Positions 38,101 through 47,094 of a DNA stretch of 64,000 bases are shown piece after piece (the first letter of the stretch is position 1; each line of letters opens with the position of its first letter). Source of the stretch: a virus; the IMG/VR virus record IMGVR_UViG_3300028837_003734, positions 12,070 through 76,069 of that record; one strand, given 5' to 3'. A program made the position numbers and the translations under genes. Under the pieces are notes generated by a model. That model did no database searches. It worked only from the letters and a program-made list of their open reading frames with translations, and was not told where the DNA came from.

Positions 38101-38307
38101 AAAAGAGATATACCAATTATAGAGAATTATTTTTCGGAAGAACAGCACCATAAAGGTGGCATGTCTCCAAAGAATCTTTTGGAAAAAGGAGATTGGTGGA
38201 TGAGCGTATATCTTGGGGATAAAGAAAACAAAGATATTTGGGAAAGAGTATTAAAAAAAGAACTGACTGGATTTAGCATGGCCGGGAGGGCTTCGAGTCC
38301 TAGATAA
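35152..38307 (+). CDS. Polyprotein: Dam/D12-class adenine MTase + nucleotidyltransferase-like + Zn-finger domains + XkdF-like prohead protease
   Basis: PGGKRYLA, F.GGGAV, YLDPPY; GS...DIDILV; C-terminal IVGGVVY...DSQQDW...MHQG...LTGFSMAG. Confidence 0.8.
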   Translation: MELKEIKKLTEQGEGEYFEDVEKGCRPAFGSPGGKRYLAKTIVSYIPEHKTYVENFVGGGAVFFAKEPSEVEVINDLDKDIAFAYRFMKKISDEDLKKLKKKNWVGNKNHFDNLKKSKPENDLERFYKFVYTMRFSRFKNYVSSFEGQEADCTSALPNVKERLKNVKIENNDYKESINYDSKETFYYLDPPYPDTENKTIGGNISLVELHDFCKKIKGKFILSLNDVNTIKEAFKDFHIKKVKVLQSFSNTEGTQEFRRELLISNFPLKKENIYLSKSDEVLIEDLPSFVWIPEFINIAGSLFYEREGNRKPNDIDILVRAKEEDDKFTITLDKSLRLKIDRILEQRVGKMSGKWLTPEWLGSTFGPNWRYQTGWDLVLVPHQPQEIREMNEPEFASEFYKEENYEEFCDFGGGHFSKFVEEHPEFESEEFREYVIVHNRADRDSGELEDIAASEILRLAKEFAQEKNIQINKRHSREKCMECDKPPFWECLWAEGIGHAWFCKKHFKEWATTGDGKGEIVYVKEVKDGIAAKKFGENRNPNIWAELKREFAKEFYKKLSDKQREEYEKETAVINENKKKPQAEKVHRFKSAKWTHPNGHPRCLICGSDSPVGGVCNMPNSWYEKHRYDDEEAWKKEREILREKGIIKQGIDWVNSPTLAYLSVYGEMPNTPLRGRSNYPKRIWNDKEVDKEFKDNWLEDLNSIPDIEVRATDIGHSADRVAFVVFRFKDKKNDSKAKDIADSLNKLAELYCKSDIGTEGRPRICVAGKIKLGDKNWEEWWNSLAGKIKGIVKEEFEKLDLEQFKAEGIDDDLKNPAKRWRELLADIRYLFNSGYPKLKEGEKWGEWDLTILLKYGSKIVDTLRNKCYFTLIPAKIGEKEYKSSYWKAYREAREKGYIKSKPPTEREVKEWDEKRKEIIKDGQEIAKFTFKKIDEAEHIVGGVVYFSYKTDSQQDWTSPPEVWKALKHFMLKKKTIKVMHQGVKRDIPIIENYFSEEQHHKGGMSPKNLLEKGDWWMSVYLGDKENKDIWERVLKKELTGFSMAGRASSPR

Positions 38308-38401
38308 ATTATTAAAAAATATCCCTTGACTGGGGTATTTTTTTATATTAATCGGGTTTGGTGCGGTGTGGCGTGGTGAGCGACTGCCTTTCGGGCAAGA
38401 T

Positions 38402-38430
38402 TTGACAAAGTATATTTTTTTTAGTATTAT
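38402..38430 (+). promoter_or_regulatory. Sigma70-like promoter upstream of scaffold/capsid genes
   Basis: TTGACA-N17-TATTAT. Confidence 0.65.
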
Positions 38431-38486
38431 AATTACGAAAATAGAATAGAGCTTTAAATAGGGAAATAATGTTCAGGAGTTAAAGC

Positions 38487-38656
38487 AAAACGCTTTAGGC
38501 TTTCTAAAATTATTAGAAAAGTTTAAGGCGTTTTTTTATTTTAAAATTTAATATTCAAAAAGCAAGTTTAGGAAGATGAGATCCTGAAGAAAAAGCGGAT
38601 GCTCAGGCTTTTAAATTGTAATGAAAATTTAAAGGTTTGGGCGTCCGCTTTTTTTT
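38487..38656 (+). terminator. Two long terminator-like hairpins in the capsid-operon leader
   Basis: 38487-38537 and 38590-38656, each ending in a T-run. Confidence 0.6.
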
Positions 38657-38692
38657 ATTTTCGAGGCACCCTAGCTAGTAGAAGGTGATTAG

Positions 38693-39580
38693 ATGCCGAG
38701 AGAATTATTGGATATCGATATTGACGAAATTAGTCTGGTCGATATTCCGGCAATAAAACGAAAATTTCTAATTGTTAAAAAAGATAAAAAAGATATGCAG
38801 AAGTCAATTGAGCAAAGACAAGGTGATTCTGATATCGAAAATTTAAATAAGGAGGGAAAACTCGAAATGAAAGAACTGATAGAGATTTATAAAAGTTTAA
38901 CTGGTGATAAAGAAGATTTTTCTGAAGAGCAAATTGAAATCCTAAAGCGGCTTTCTCCCGAGGATGTTAAAGCCATCAAAAATGCTATAGGCGTCCTAAC
39001 TAAATTCAAGGGAGATATGTCCAAAGAATTACAAGATGCCATAGCAGTCTTAGCTAAATTCACAGCAAAATATCCTTACCCCTATCCTTACCCAGCTAAG
39101 AAATCTGACGAAGACTTAGAGAAAGCGGGAAGGAAAATTTCTAAGGATACTCTGGCGGCGATTAAAAAGGCTATCAATATACTCAGTGGCGTTCTCACCA
39201 AGGGAGATGAGACTAAAAAGGCTATTGCTGTCCTTTCTGATCTCCTTTCTGAGGAAGAGCAGAAAGCCCTTAAGAAATCTGATGAGGAAAAAGAAAGAGA
39301 CGATAGGGAAAAAGAAATGGTCGATAAAGAAAAAGAACGAGATGAAAAGTTTGATAGTGCTATAAAAGGTGCCAGCGAGACCATAGAAAAATTAGGAAAG
39401 GATTTAGGGGAAAAGGATAAGAACATATCTGAACTAACTAAAAGACTGGAGACTTTGGAAAAAGCTAAGGGCACTAAGAAACAGATAGAAGGTCAAGATG
39501 AAGACGATGGAGACGGAGAGGTCAAGAAAAGTGATGACCCCTGGCCTTCTTTTAACTTTGAAGTAGTAGCCGAAGAATAA
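38693..39580 (+). CDS. Capsid scaffold protein
   Basis: N-terminal EISLVDIPA, charged coiled-coil, directly before the capsid gene. Confidence 0.75.
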   Translation: MPRELLDIDIDEISLVDIPAIKRKFLIVKKDKKDMQKSIEQRQGDSDIENLNKEGKLEMKELIEIYKSLTGDKEDFSEEQIEILKRLSPEDVKAIKNAIGVLTKFKGDMSKELQDAIAVLAKFTAKYPYPYPYPAKKSDEDLEKAGRKISKDTLAAIKKAINILSGVLTKGDETKKAIAVLSDLLSEEEQKALKKSDEEKERDDREKEMVDKEKERDEKFDSAIKGASETIEKLGKDLGEKDKNISELTKRLETLEKAKGTKKQIEGQDEDDGDGEVKKSDDPWPSFNFEVVAEE

Positions 39581-39601
39581 TTTTAACCATAAAGAATCGA
39601 G

Positions 39602-40732
39602 GTGAAAAAAATGATAACTAATAAAGCATTATTAAATAAAAGGAGCTTTTTAAAAGCCATGAAGGCTCTGCCGGATATTACTCTGCTTCCAGAAGAGGCC
39701 GATAAGTTTATTGATTACGTAGTGGACCAATCCTTCTGGAAGAATAATGCCCGGATCGTAAAAATGGAAAAGGTCGAAAAGAACTTAAGGTACCTAGGGT
39801 TTAAAGCCGGCACCAGGTTTTTAAAGCCGGCAAATAAATTTGCCGCTTCGGATTATCTAAAAGAGTTTGCAGAGGGCAAGGTTACCCTACAAGCACAGAA
39901 AGTGCGGGGTGCGGTGGTAATCTATGATGATGACCTGGAAGAGGGCATCGAGGGACAGGCCTTTGCCGATCATCTTATGAAGATAATAGCCAAGAAGGTA
40001 GCCAACGAGATCGATGAGGCGTCCTATTGCTCCCATCCTGGATTTGCCGATACGGATATTAGAAGCCTGTGGGAAGGTTTTAGATATAGACTCTTATACG
40101 GATTTCTTTCGGAAGGAGGGAGAGAAAAAACTGGGACTTTCCCGAAAGCAGCAACCATTCTGGATGCTTCCAATAGCTTAGCTGGACACGATTCCGACTT
40201 TGCCAAGACCGGCAAGATAGCTGAAAGGATTAAAGTGGATACTACTTATACCGGAGACTGGGAATTCAAGTTTTCCAAGATGCTGGCAGTAATGCCTTCT
40301 AGGTATAAATTACTGGGATTGAAAAATCTGAGGTTCTTCTGCAATGACATCATTCCTAATGATTATGCCGAGGCCTTAGCTACTCGAGCCACTATCTTAG
40401 GGGATAAGGCCCTCTTAGGTGAAAATGACTTACCATTCAGGACTGTTCCCATTGCATCAGTACCACTTATGCCTATCACTTACCAAAAGGTAGGGGCAGT
40501 GGGATCCACCCTCGGGCGAGAAGCCTATGAAGGAGACGATGCTGATGTGTACGCCGATGCTATTTTAACTCCTAAGAACAATTTCATCATCGGCATCCAG
40601 AAGGAGCTGACTCTGGAGAGCAAGCGTGCCCCAGAAGACCAGGCCCAATACGTCTTCTACAACCTGAAGATAGACATAGCAGTTGAAAACCCCGAGGCAG
40701 CGGTAATATTGGTAAATGTGACTCATGGCTAA
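39602..40732 (+). CDS. Major capsid protein (HK97 fold, XkdG-like)
   Basis: LLPEEADKFID, DDLEEGIEG; size and position. Confidence 0.85.
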   Translation: MKKMITNKALLNKRSFLKAMKALPDITLLPEEADKFIDYVVDQSFWKNNARIVKMEKVEKNLRYLGFKAGTRFLKPANKFAASDYLKEFAEGKVTLQAQKVRGAVVIYDDDLEEGIEGQAFADHLMKIIAKKVANEIDEASYCSHPGFADTDIRSLWEGFRYRLLYGFLSEGGREKTGTFPKAATILDASNSLAGHDSDFAKTGKIAERIKVDTTYTGDWEFKFSKMLAVMPSRYKLLGLKNLRFFCNDIIPNDYAEALATRATILGDKALLGENDLPFRTVPIASVPLMPITYQKVGAVGSTLGREAYEGDDADVYADAILTPKNNFIIGIQKELTLESKRAPEDQAQYVFYNLKIDIAVENPEAAVILVNVTHG

Positions 40733-40749
40733 AATGAAGGAGAATAACT

Positions 40750-41025
40750 ATGCGATTTAAGATAATCAACCGGGCAGGTTCTCGGGATATATTTTCGGGC
40801 GGGGTGAGGTATTATCTCGCTCGAAATGAGATATTTCCCACCAATGATCCTCAACTTGCTGGGGATGCAGGCAAACTGCCCTTTATAAGTGTAGTTAAAG
40901 ACTTATCAGAGTATGAAGCGATGAATTTCTTCAAGCTAAAGAAAATAGCTAAAGGGAAAGGAATCGAATTTGATAAGAGAATTAAAAAGAGAGAACTAAT
41001 TAATAGGTTAAGTGAGGTGAAATAG
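40750..41025 (+). CDS. Small head-associated protein with HeH/Rho-N-like C-terminus
   Basis: LKKIAKGKGI...KKRELI. Confidence 0.6.
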   Translation: MRFKIINRAGSRDIFSGGVRYYLARNEIFPTNDPQLAGDAGKLPFISVVKDLSEYEAMNFFKLKKIAKGKGIEFDKRIKKRELINRLSEVK

Positions 41026-41026
41026 A

Positions 41027-42109
41027 ATGAAAAGGGATTTAAGTACCTTAGATAGAGACATAGGTCAACCTTGGAGCAGAATAATTCAGGAGGCATTCAA
41101 GCATGGGATTGACTGCACTATAATGCAAGGTGGTTTGCTACCGGGTAGGAAAGTTCAAGGCATTCACGAAGTGAGTAAGACCCAGAATTATCTTTTAGAG
41201 TCACGTCTCATGACAAGGGATGGTAGGGTATTTTATTATGCTAAGGCAGGTGCTGCTTGTTCTGCTGGCATAGGTTGTAAATTTTACGGCACCTTGAAGT
41301 GGGATGGTGGTACCGCCGTAGCTGTTAAAACTAAAGGCAAGACTGTAATGATTAGAAACGACGGTGTCAATTTTACGAAAGATGAGCTTTATGGTGGATA
41401 CCTTTTACTGCACCATGTTACCAATATGCAGAACAGGCGTATAATCGCTAACGATGCAAATCCTGCTGCAACTGCTCAAACCATAACCGTTGTTACTGCA
41501 GGAGCAGCGGGGGCAGGTAGTTTTGGAGTAGCAGATGATAAGTCATTGCTATTTACTAAAGGCACAAAAATAGAAGTATATGGTGACACAGCCAATGACG
41601 GATTTTATACCGTGAAAGCCGATGCAACTTTTTCGGTAGACACCACAACAATAACTGTTGAAGAAGCAGTACCATCAGCTACTGTCGCTGGAACCATCAC
41701 AGGCATAGTAACTCTTACTCTCGAGGAGGCTTTATCGGGAGATTTTGCTGTAAATAACTGGACGGAAATACTTCCAAACCCCTACGCTGATTTACGAGGG
41801 GCAAAACTAGCTAATGAGAGAGTTTCACATGCAGGTATACCAGGAACTGAGGCCGCAGTAGATGAATATTTCTGGGTGCAGACTTGGGGACCTTGCTGGA
41901 TTGAACCAGGTGGCGGTTCTCCTAATGGAGTGGGAGTTGGAGTTAATGAACGGACTGTCGTCTTTGTAGGTGACGGTAGTGTAAATGCGGTAACAGATAT
42001 TTCACCTGCAGCTGCCTCTGAAGTTGGCTACCAAGTTGCAGGGTTTATCATTCAGAACGATAGTGGCGGCGCAGGCCCTCCATTAGTTATGCTCCAGATT
42101 AGACCTTAA
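41027..42109 (+). CDS. Virion structural protein (probable capsid decoration)
   Basis: DGRVFYYAKAG, YFWVQTWG; Gly/Ala/Thr-rich. Confidence 0.6.
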   Translation: MKRDLSTLDRDIGQPWSRIIQEAFKHGIDCTIMQGGLLPGRKVQGIHEVSKTQNYLLESRLMTRDGRVFYYAKAGAACSAGIGCKFYGTLKWDGGTAVAVKTKGKTVMIRNDGVNFTKDELYGGYLLLHHVTNMQNRRIIANDANPAATAQTITVVTAGAAGAGSFGVADDKSLLFTKGTKIEVYGDTANDGFYTVKADATFSVDTTTITVEEAVPSATVAGTITGIVTLTLEEALSGDFAVNNWTEILPNPYADLRGAKLANERVSHAGIPGTEAAVDEYFWVQTWGPCWIEPGGGSPNGVGVGVNERTVVFVGDGSVNAVTDISPAAASEVGYQVAGFIIQNDSGGAGPPLVMLQIRP

Positions 42110-42124
42110 TAGGAAAGGCTTTTT

Positions 42125-42160
42125 AGGGGTTGTGCCGTAAACAGCCCCTTTAAACTTTTT
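42125..42160 (+). terminator. Rho-independent terminator
   Basis: AGGGGTTGT/ACAGCCCCT hairpin followed by a T-rich tail. Confidence 0.6.
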
Positions 42161-42200
42161 TGTAAGTGAAGAGAATTAATTGGATTGCGAGTGATCTTTA

Positions 42201-43823
42201 ATGCCAGAAAAAGCTAAAGGCAATTATATAACCGAAGATGATGTAGATAACTGGGGATTAGCGATCAGTGCTACTGCTGGATTTGTTCCAGATAATGTGG
42301 ATACCACAACCGAGCAAATTACGGTGGGTCTAGATATTCCTACCGGTTCGAAGATAAGGTTTAGTTCTACCGGGGTCCTGCCAGGGGGACTTGAGGCAGA
42401 TATAATTTACTATGCAATCAAAATTAGCACTACTGACTCTATTACCATTATCCAGGTCGCAAGGTCTCCGGTTAATGCTGCTGCTGAAACTCCTGTTGCT
42501 ATCGATATAACTTCACTGGGAGTAGGAACCCACACCATAGATGTTGGCGAAGGAGAAACTCTAGCCGACCGTCAAGCCGTCATAGACGAAGTGGAAGCCC
42601 AAGTCGAACGGATAACCAAGGACTATTTTTATCCCAAGACCTTTTATGACTTTTTAGATGGCAACGGCAGGGATAGGCTATTTCTTCCTATCAGGCAGAA
42701 AATATTATCGATTAACTATATGGCCATAAGCCAGGTCGAAGTTTCTACCATAGATAAAACTGGCACAGATATAACGAGCGCTAGTTTGTTTGTTAATGAT
42801 GATAAGGCTAATAATAAAGCTTTTACCGACGGCGTTGGTGATTGGAAGGTTACCAGTACCGGAGGAGCAACTTTTGCAAGTTCTACTGGTGGAGAGACCG
42901 ACAATGGTGGTAAATACACATTTGATGATAGTGGAGTAACGACTATTTTAACATTAGACGACAAGGACGGGACTGTTTTAAAATATTTAGAAGTAGGAAA
43001 AAAATATGGGATTACAATTTATGCTAAAAAAGGAGCTAACTGGACTGGTGGAAAGATAACTATAAAGTGCGACGGACAGAGTAAGGAATTACCTGATTTA
43101 ACTGCGGAGTTCGTTAAGACAGTATTCGATTTTACGGCTAATGGAATTGACGCCACTATAACTATCGATTGTGCTACTCCAGCTGCGGATGATGAATTAT
43201 GGATTGATACTCTGGAATTTGTCCAATATACCGGAATAGCAGGGAGATACACAGCTACTCTAACCATTTCTACTACTGCAGATTACTATAAAGGCAATTA
43301 TCTGGGGATCAAGGACGCTTCAGAACGAGTAAACAATTTATGGGGTAGCAGGATTTTAGGCAATACCGCAACTGATCCGGTCACGAAAAAATCCGTCTTT
43401 ACCTTAGAACAGCCACTTAAAGCTACACTGGTAGAAGAAGATGTCGTATCGATTATAACCAACTGGAACTGGGATAATGATTGTATTTATCGAAGTCCAC
43501 TGGGCATTACCCGCGAACTGGGAGCCCTTATGGAACCGTCGGAGTTTTTTCTTAACGGTTATTTCCCTAAAGGCCATGGCAATATAGAAGTTAAGGGAAC
43601 TATAGGCCATTATAGCTGTCCCGAGGCGATTAAAAATGCCTGCATAATCTTGGCTAGGGATGAGAATGATCCGACCTTATATGAGCATTATGAATTTGAA
43701 AAGGAGTCCATGGGCCGGGTCTATTCCTATGACCGGGGAGGAGAAGAATACTTGAGTGGGATTATCGAATGCGATAGATACCTAAAACGGTATGTTAATC
43801 GAAAACCGATATTAGTAGCTTAG
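42201..43823 (+). CDS. Head-tail adaptor (gp6/gp15-like) with inserted beta-rich domains
   Basis: NYITEDDV...IDEVEAQVERIT...FPKG..NIEV...G....PEAIKNAC. Confidence 0.7.
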   Translation: MPEKAKGNYITEDDVDNWGLAISATAGFVPDNVDTTTEQITVGLDIPTGSKIRFSSTGVLPGGLEADIIYYAIKISTTDSITIIQVARSPVNAAAETPVAIDITSLGVGTHTIDVGEGETLADRQAVIDEVEAQVERITKDYFYPKTFYDFLDGNGRDRLFLPIRQKILSINYMAISQVEVSTIDKTGTDITSASLFVNDDKANNKAFTDGVGDWKVTSTGGATFASSTGGETDNGGKYTFDDSGVTTILTLDDKDGTVLKYLEVGKKYGITIYAKKGANWTGGKITIKCDGQSKELPDLTAEFVKTVFDFTANGIDATITIDCATPAADDELWIDTLEFVQYTGIAGRYTATLTISTTADYYKGNYLGIKDASERVNNLWGSRILGNTATDPVTKKSVFTLEQPLKATLVEEDVVSIITNWNWDNDCIYRSPLGITRELGALMEPSEFFLNGYFPKGHGNIEVKGTIGHYSCPEAIKNACIILARDENDPTLYEHYEFEKESMGRVYSYDRGGEEYLSGIIECDRYLKRYVNRKPILVA

Positions 43824-43836
43824 TGAGGATTAGGAA

Positions 43837-44163
43837 ATGAGAATTATCGGACCTCGAAAGAGATTTATTCTGATAGAAAGAAGTACTGTGGGAGAAGAAA
43901 CATCCGAAGGGCAGGCAATCACCTGGAAAGAAACCGAAGAATTCGGAGGAGTGTTTGATTCGCTAAGAGGAAGGGAAGGCATCTCTTACGACAAGACCGG
44001 GGTGATTGCTGATTACCGTCTTTATACTGAACACCCTAATATCACCGAAAAGCATAGAGTGAAGCTAAAGGGAACGAGCAGGATTTTTGACGTTAAATAT
44101 GTCGATCCCAAGCTCTTAAAAAATAAGATATGGGTGGTGGATCTGTTTGAAAGGAAAGAGTGA
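43837..44163 (+). CDS. Head closure protein
   Basis: Size, position, ITEKHRV...FDVKYVD. Confidence 0.7.
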   Translation: MRIIGPRKRFILIERSTVGEETSEGQAITWKETEEFGGVFDSLRGREGISYDKTGVIADYRLYTEHPNITEKHRVKLKGTSRIFDVKYVDPKLLKNKIWVVDLFERKE

Positions 44164-44569
44164 ATTCAAATTTGAGTGGAAAGGTGACGAAGTTGAGGGG
44201 GTTATGAATAGAATTTCCCACACCCGACTTGACGACCTAGGCCATCTTTTAGTTAGAGAAATTAGAGAGGCTATATCACAATTAGGAACAGGAAGGAAAT
44301 ATATAAGGAAGGGCAAGGTCCATATAGCTTCCGCCCCCGGAAAGCCACCAGTCATCTGGTATGGTGGGTTACATGGCTCAATTTTCTTTATGGAAGCTGT
44401 GAAAGGAAATATCTTTTTTATGCATGTGGGCACCGGAGGAGAAATAGGAGAATATGGAAAATGTTTAGAGTTTGGAACAGAAAATATGGCTGCCCGGCCT
44501 TGGCTGGGAGTGACTTTAGAGAAATCTAGGGCCATGATTAAGGAATTCCTTGAGGAAGAGTGGTTTTAG
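44147..44569 (+). CDS. HK97 gp10-like tail completion protein
   Basis: ASAPGKPP, LEFGTENMAARPWL. Confidence 0.8.
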   Translation: MKGKSEFKFEWKGDEVEGVMNRISHTRLDDLGHLLVREIREAISQLGTGRKYIRKGKVHIASAPGKPPVIWYGGLHGSIFFMEAVKGNIFFMHVGTGGEIGEYGKCLEFGTENMAARPWLGVTLEKSRAMIKEFLEEEWF

Positions 44570-45008
44570 GATGGATGTAATCGCCGCAATAAATGCCGAG
44601 ATATTTAGATATTTAAGGGATGACAAGACCTTGCCTGGTAATTTAGCAGGAATAATGGGAAACAAAAATATCCGGGTCGGTCGGGCCTTAAGGTCAGATG
44701 TATTCCCTTATATCACTTTTGGGATCAGGCCTTTTGTGGACCCACTTATGCCCCTGTTAGGAACAGGGACTCTGGAAATCCATTTATGGGATAAACATAG
44801 TCTAACGACCAGAGTTAACAATATGAGGGACAGACTAATTTGGCTAATGGACCTCCATGAGTTTCCTCTCCTAGGAGAAGAGGCGAAAGGGGTGAGAATA
44901 TTTTTTGATAGTAGTGACATGATTGAAGAGGAAGAGGAATTTATTAGACATTTAGTTATTTTATGTACTGTGAAATATATCAGGAAATCAAATATAAATG
45001 TTAATTAA
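44550..45008 (+). CDS. Tail terminator protein
   Basis: FPYITF, EIHLW; position. Confidence 0.7.
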   Translation: MRKSGFRMDVIAAINAEIFRYLRDDKTLPGNLAGIMGNKNIRVGRALRSDVFPYITFGIRPFVDPLMPLLGTGTLEIHLWDKHSLTTRVNNMRDRLIWLMDLHEFPLLGEEAKGVRIFFDSSDMIEEEEEFIRHLVILCTVKYIRKSNINVN

Positions 45009-45031
45009 AAAAAGAAACGAGGTGATAAAAA

Positions 45032-46282
45032 ATGACAGTTAAGAGTGGAATAAGTGAAAAGACCCCAGGTAGTATATTAGTGGACGCGGGTGCCATATAT
45101 TTGAATTATGGTCTTCCGAATGTAAGGCTCTTGGGAGCTACTAGGGGCGGAAACGAATTTAATTTGAATAGAGTAACCAGAAATATAGAAATAGATGGTC
45201 TAAAAGGAGCAGTAAAAGGTTTAAAAAGAATAACCGAAGTGAACCCTCAAATTACAGCAAACTTGATTGAACTTACAGTTGAAAATTTAGTATTAGCAAT
45301 AGCAGGAGCGAAGGCTACGACTACTCCGACCACAGATGTATTAGCTGAATATCTGGGAGTGGGAACTGCGGCAGTAGACGATTTTGATTGTAATCACCTT
45401 ACGGTAGTACCTCTGTCGGAGAAAGTCTATATAGATGAGGTTCTTGTGAGTAGAGTTCTGGTAGGAGATTCGCTTTTCATAGGCGTTAATGCAGCACAGA
45501 ATAAAGGATTTGATTCAACAATAGGTGACTGGGCGGCAGGAACTGGTGGAACGTTCGTGAGTGCAGATGGAGGAGTAGTAGGTTTTGGAGGCAAATACAC
45601 AGTAGGAGACGATCCTTCAACTGATTTACCGAGTTTGGATGATGACGATGGTTTGGTCTTGACGAATTTAGTAGCTAACAAGACTTACAAATTCGTTATC
45701 CGTGCAAAATTTGAAACTGCCTGGACCACTGGGGGAGTAGTAACTGTACACATAGATGGACAAGATTTCGCATTACCTGAGTTAACAGATTCTTATGCCC
45801 AAACTGTAATTTATTTTACAGCCTCAGGAACAGATGCAACAATTACATTAACTTGCGCAACTGCACCGACGAAAAATGATATTTTATGGATAGACAGTTT
45901 AGAGTTTAATGAATATGAGGGAGATTACACCATAGATTATACTACGGGAGATGTGCAGTTCATATTCGAAGGCGTTCCCGATGTAAATGAAGAAGTAACA
46001 ATTGCGTATGCTTACTATACTCCCGGAACTCCAACCCACTATGCCATAACTGGAGGAGAAATAGAGGATTCCGACTATATAGATAACGTAGCACTAGTGG
46101 GTGAAATTTCTGGCAAGGGACAGCCGGTTATCTGCGTAGTGAAAAATGCTCTTGCGGATGCAGGGTTCGCTTTAAGTACGGCACCAAGGGACGAATCGGT
46201 TCCGAGTATAGTTTTTACAGGCCATTACTCCGGAGCAACTGCAGACGAGGAACCCTGGGAAATAAGATACCCGCGAGTATAG
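45032..46282 (+). CDS. Major tail protein with internal carbohydrate-binding-like insertion
   Basis: LVDAGAIY..LGATRGG..F; FTGHY...PWEIRYP. Confidence 0.85.
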   Translation: MTVKSGISEKTPGSILVDAGAIYLNYGLPNVRLLGATRGGNEFNLNRVTRNIEIDGLKGAVKGLKRITEVNPQITANLIELTVENLVLAIAGAKATTTPTTDVLAEYLGVGTAAVDDFDCNHLTVVPLSEKVYIDEVLVSRVLVGDSLFIGVNAAQNKGFDSTIGDWAAGTGGTFVSADGGVVGFGGKYTVGDDPSTDLPSLDDDDGLVLTNLVANKTYKFVIRAKFETAWTTGGVVTVHIDGQDFALPELTDSYAQTVIYFTASGTDATITLTCATAPTKNDILWIDSLEFNEYEGDYTIDYTTGDVQFIFEGVPDVNEEVTIAYAYYTPGTPTHYAITGGEIEDSDYIDNVALVGEISGKGQPVICVVKNALADAGFALSTAPRDESVPSIVFTGHYSGATADEEPWEIRYPRV

Positions 46283-46309
46283 TCTTAATTTAAAAATTAA
46301 CTAAGGAGA

Positions 46310-47088
46310 TTGGTAATGCCTGAAGAAAAAAAAGATAAGAGGACCTTCGAGAAAGAAATAGAGCCACTTATTGGTGATACACCTATTGTTACAATTAAAG
46401 GCAAAGAATACAAGATGAGACGCCTGGGGATGGCCGATACTTTCAAGCTGGCCCGGATTATAGCCATCGGTGCAGCCGGCATAGGAAAAGAAATCAGTAG
46501 CTTAGAGATGACTCCGGAGGCTGCAATCGGATTATTGATTGTGGGATTTCCCTATGCAGACCAACAAATCTTAAATTTATTTGCTGATGTACTCGGGGTC
46601 AAGCCCGAGGAGATAAGGAACCCCGATATATTCCCGATGGGGTCAGAAATAGAAATAATCAAGGCCTTAGTTGAGCATATAGACGTGAAGGCTTTTTTTA
46701 CCAGATTAACCGGGTTGCTGGAGATGCCGATATTGAAGGAGTTTTTGAAAAAAACCTCGACCTCATCCAGGAACGATACGGCTGGACCGACGAAGAAATA
46801 AAATACCACATACCCTATGCCCGGTTTATGCAATTAGTCAGAGTCGCTTCCAGTCAAAAAGTAGAAGAGATTAGATTGAGGATGCGAGAACAGGCCTATC
46901 TGGGATGGCTGATATATCTATTGCAACCGATTGCAATTAGAGAACACCGGATGACTTTTCAGGAATGGCTAAGAGGTTTGGGTCTTGCTGAAGGAGAGGA
47001 GAAAGTTGAAGACCTAGAATCAATGAAAAAGAAAGCCTTGCAGATAGCCAATAGAATAGTGGAGATGGATAAGAAACCTAGGAGTTGA
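46310..47088 (+). CDS. Tail assembly chaperones (G, and GT via -1 frameshift)
   Basis: Short ORF 46310-46801; slippery T TTT TTT at 46693-46699; -1 frame open to 47088. Confidence 0.8.
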
Positions 47089-47094
47089 TAAATA

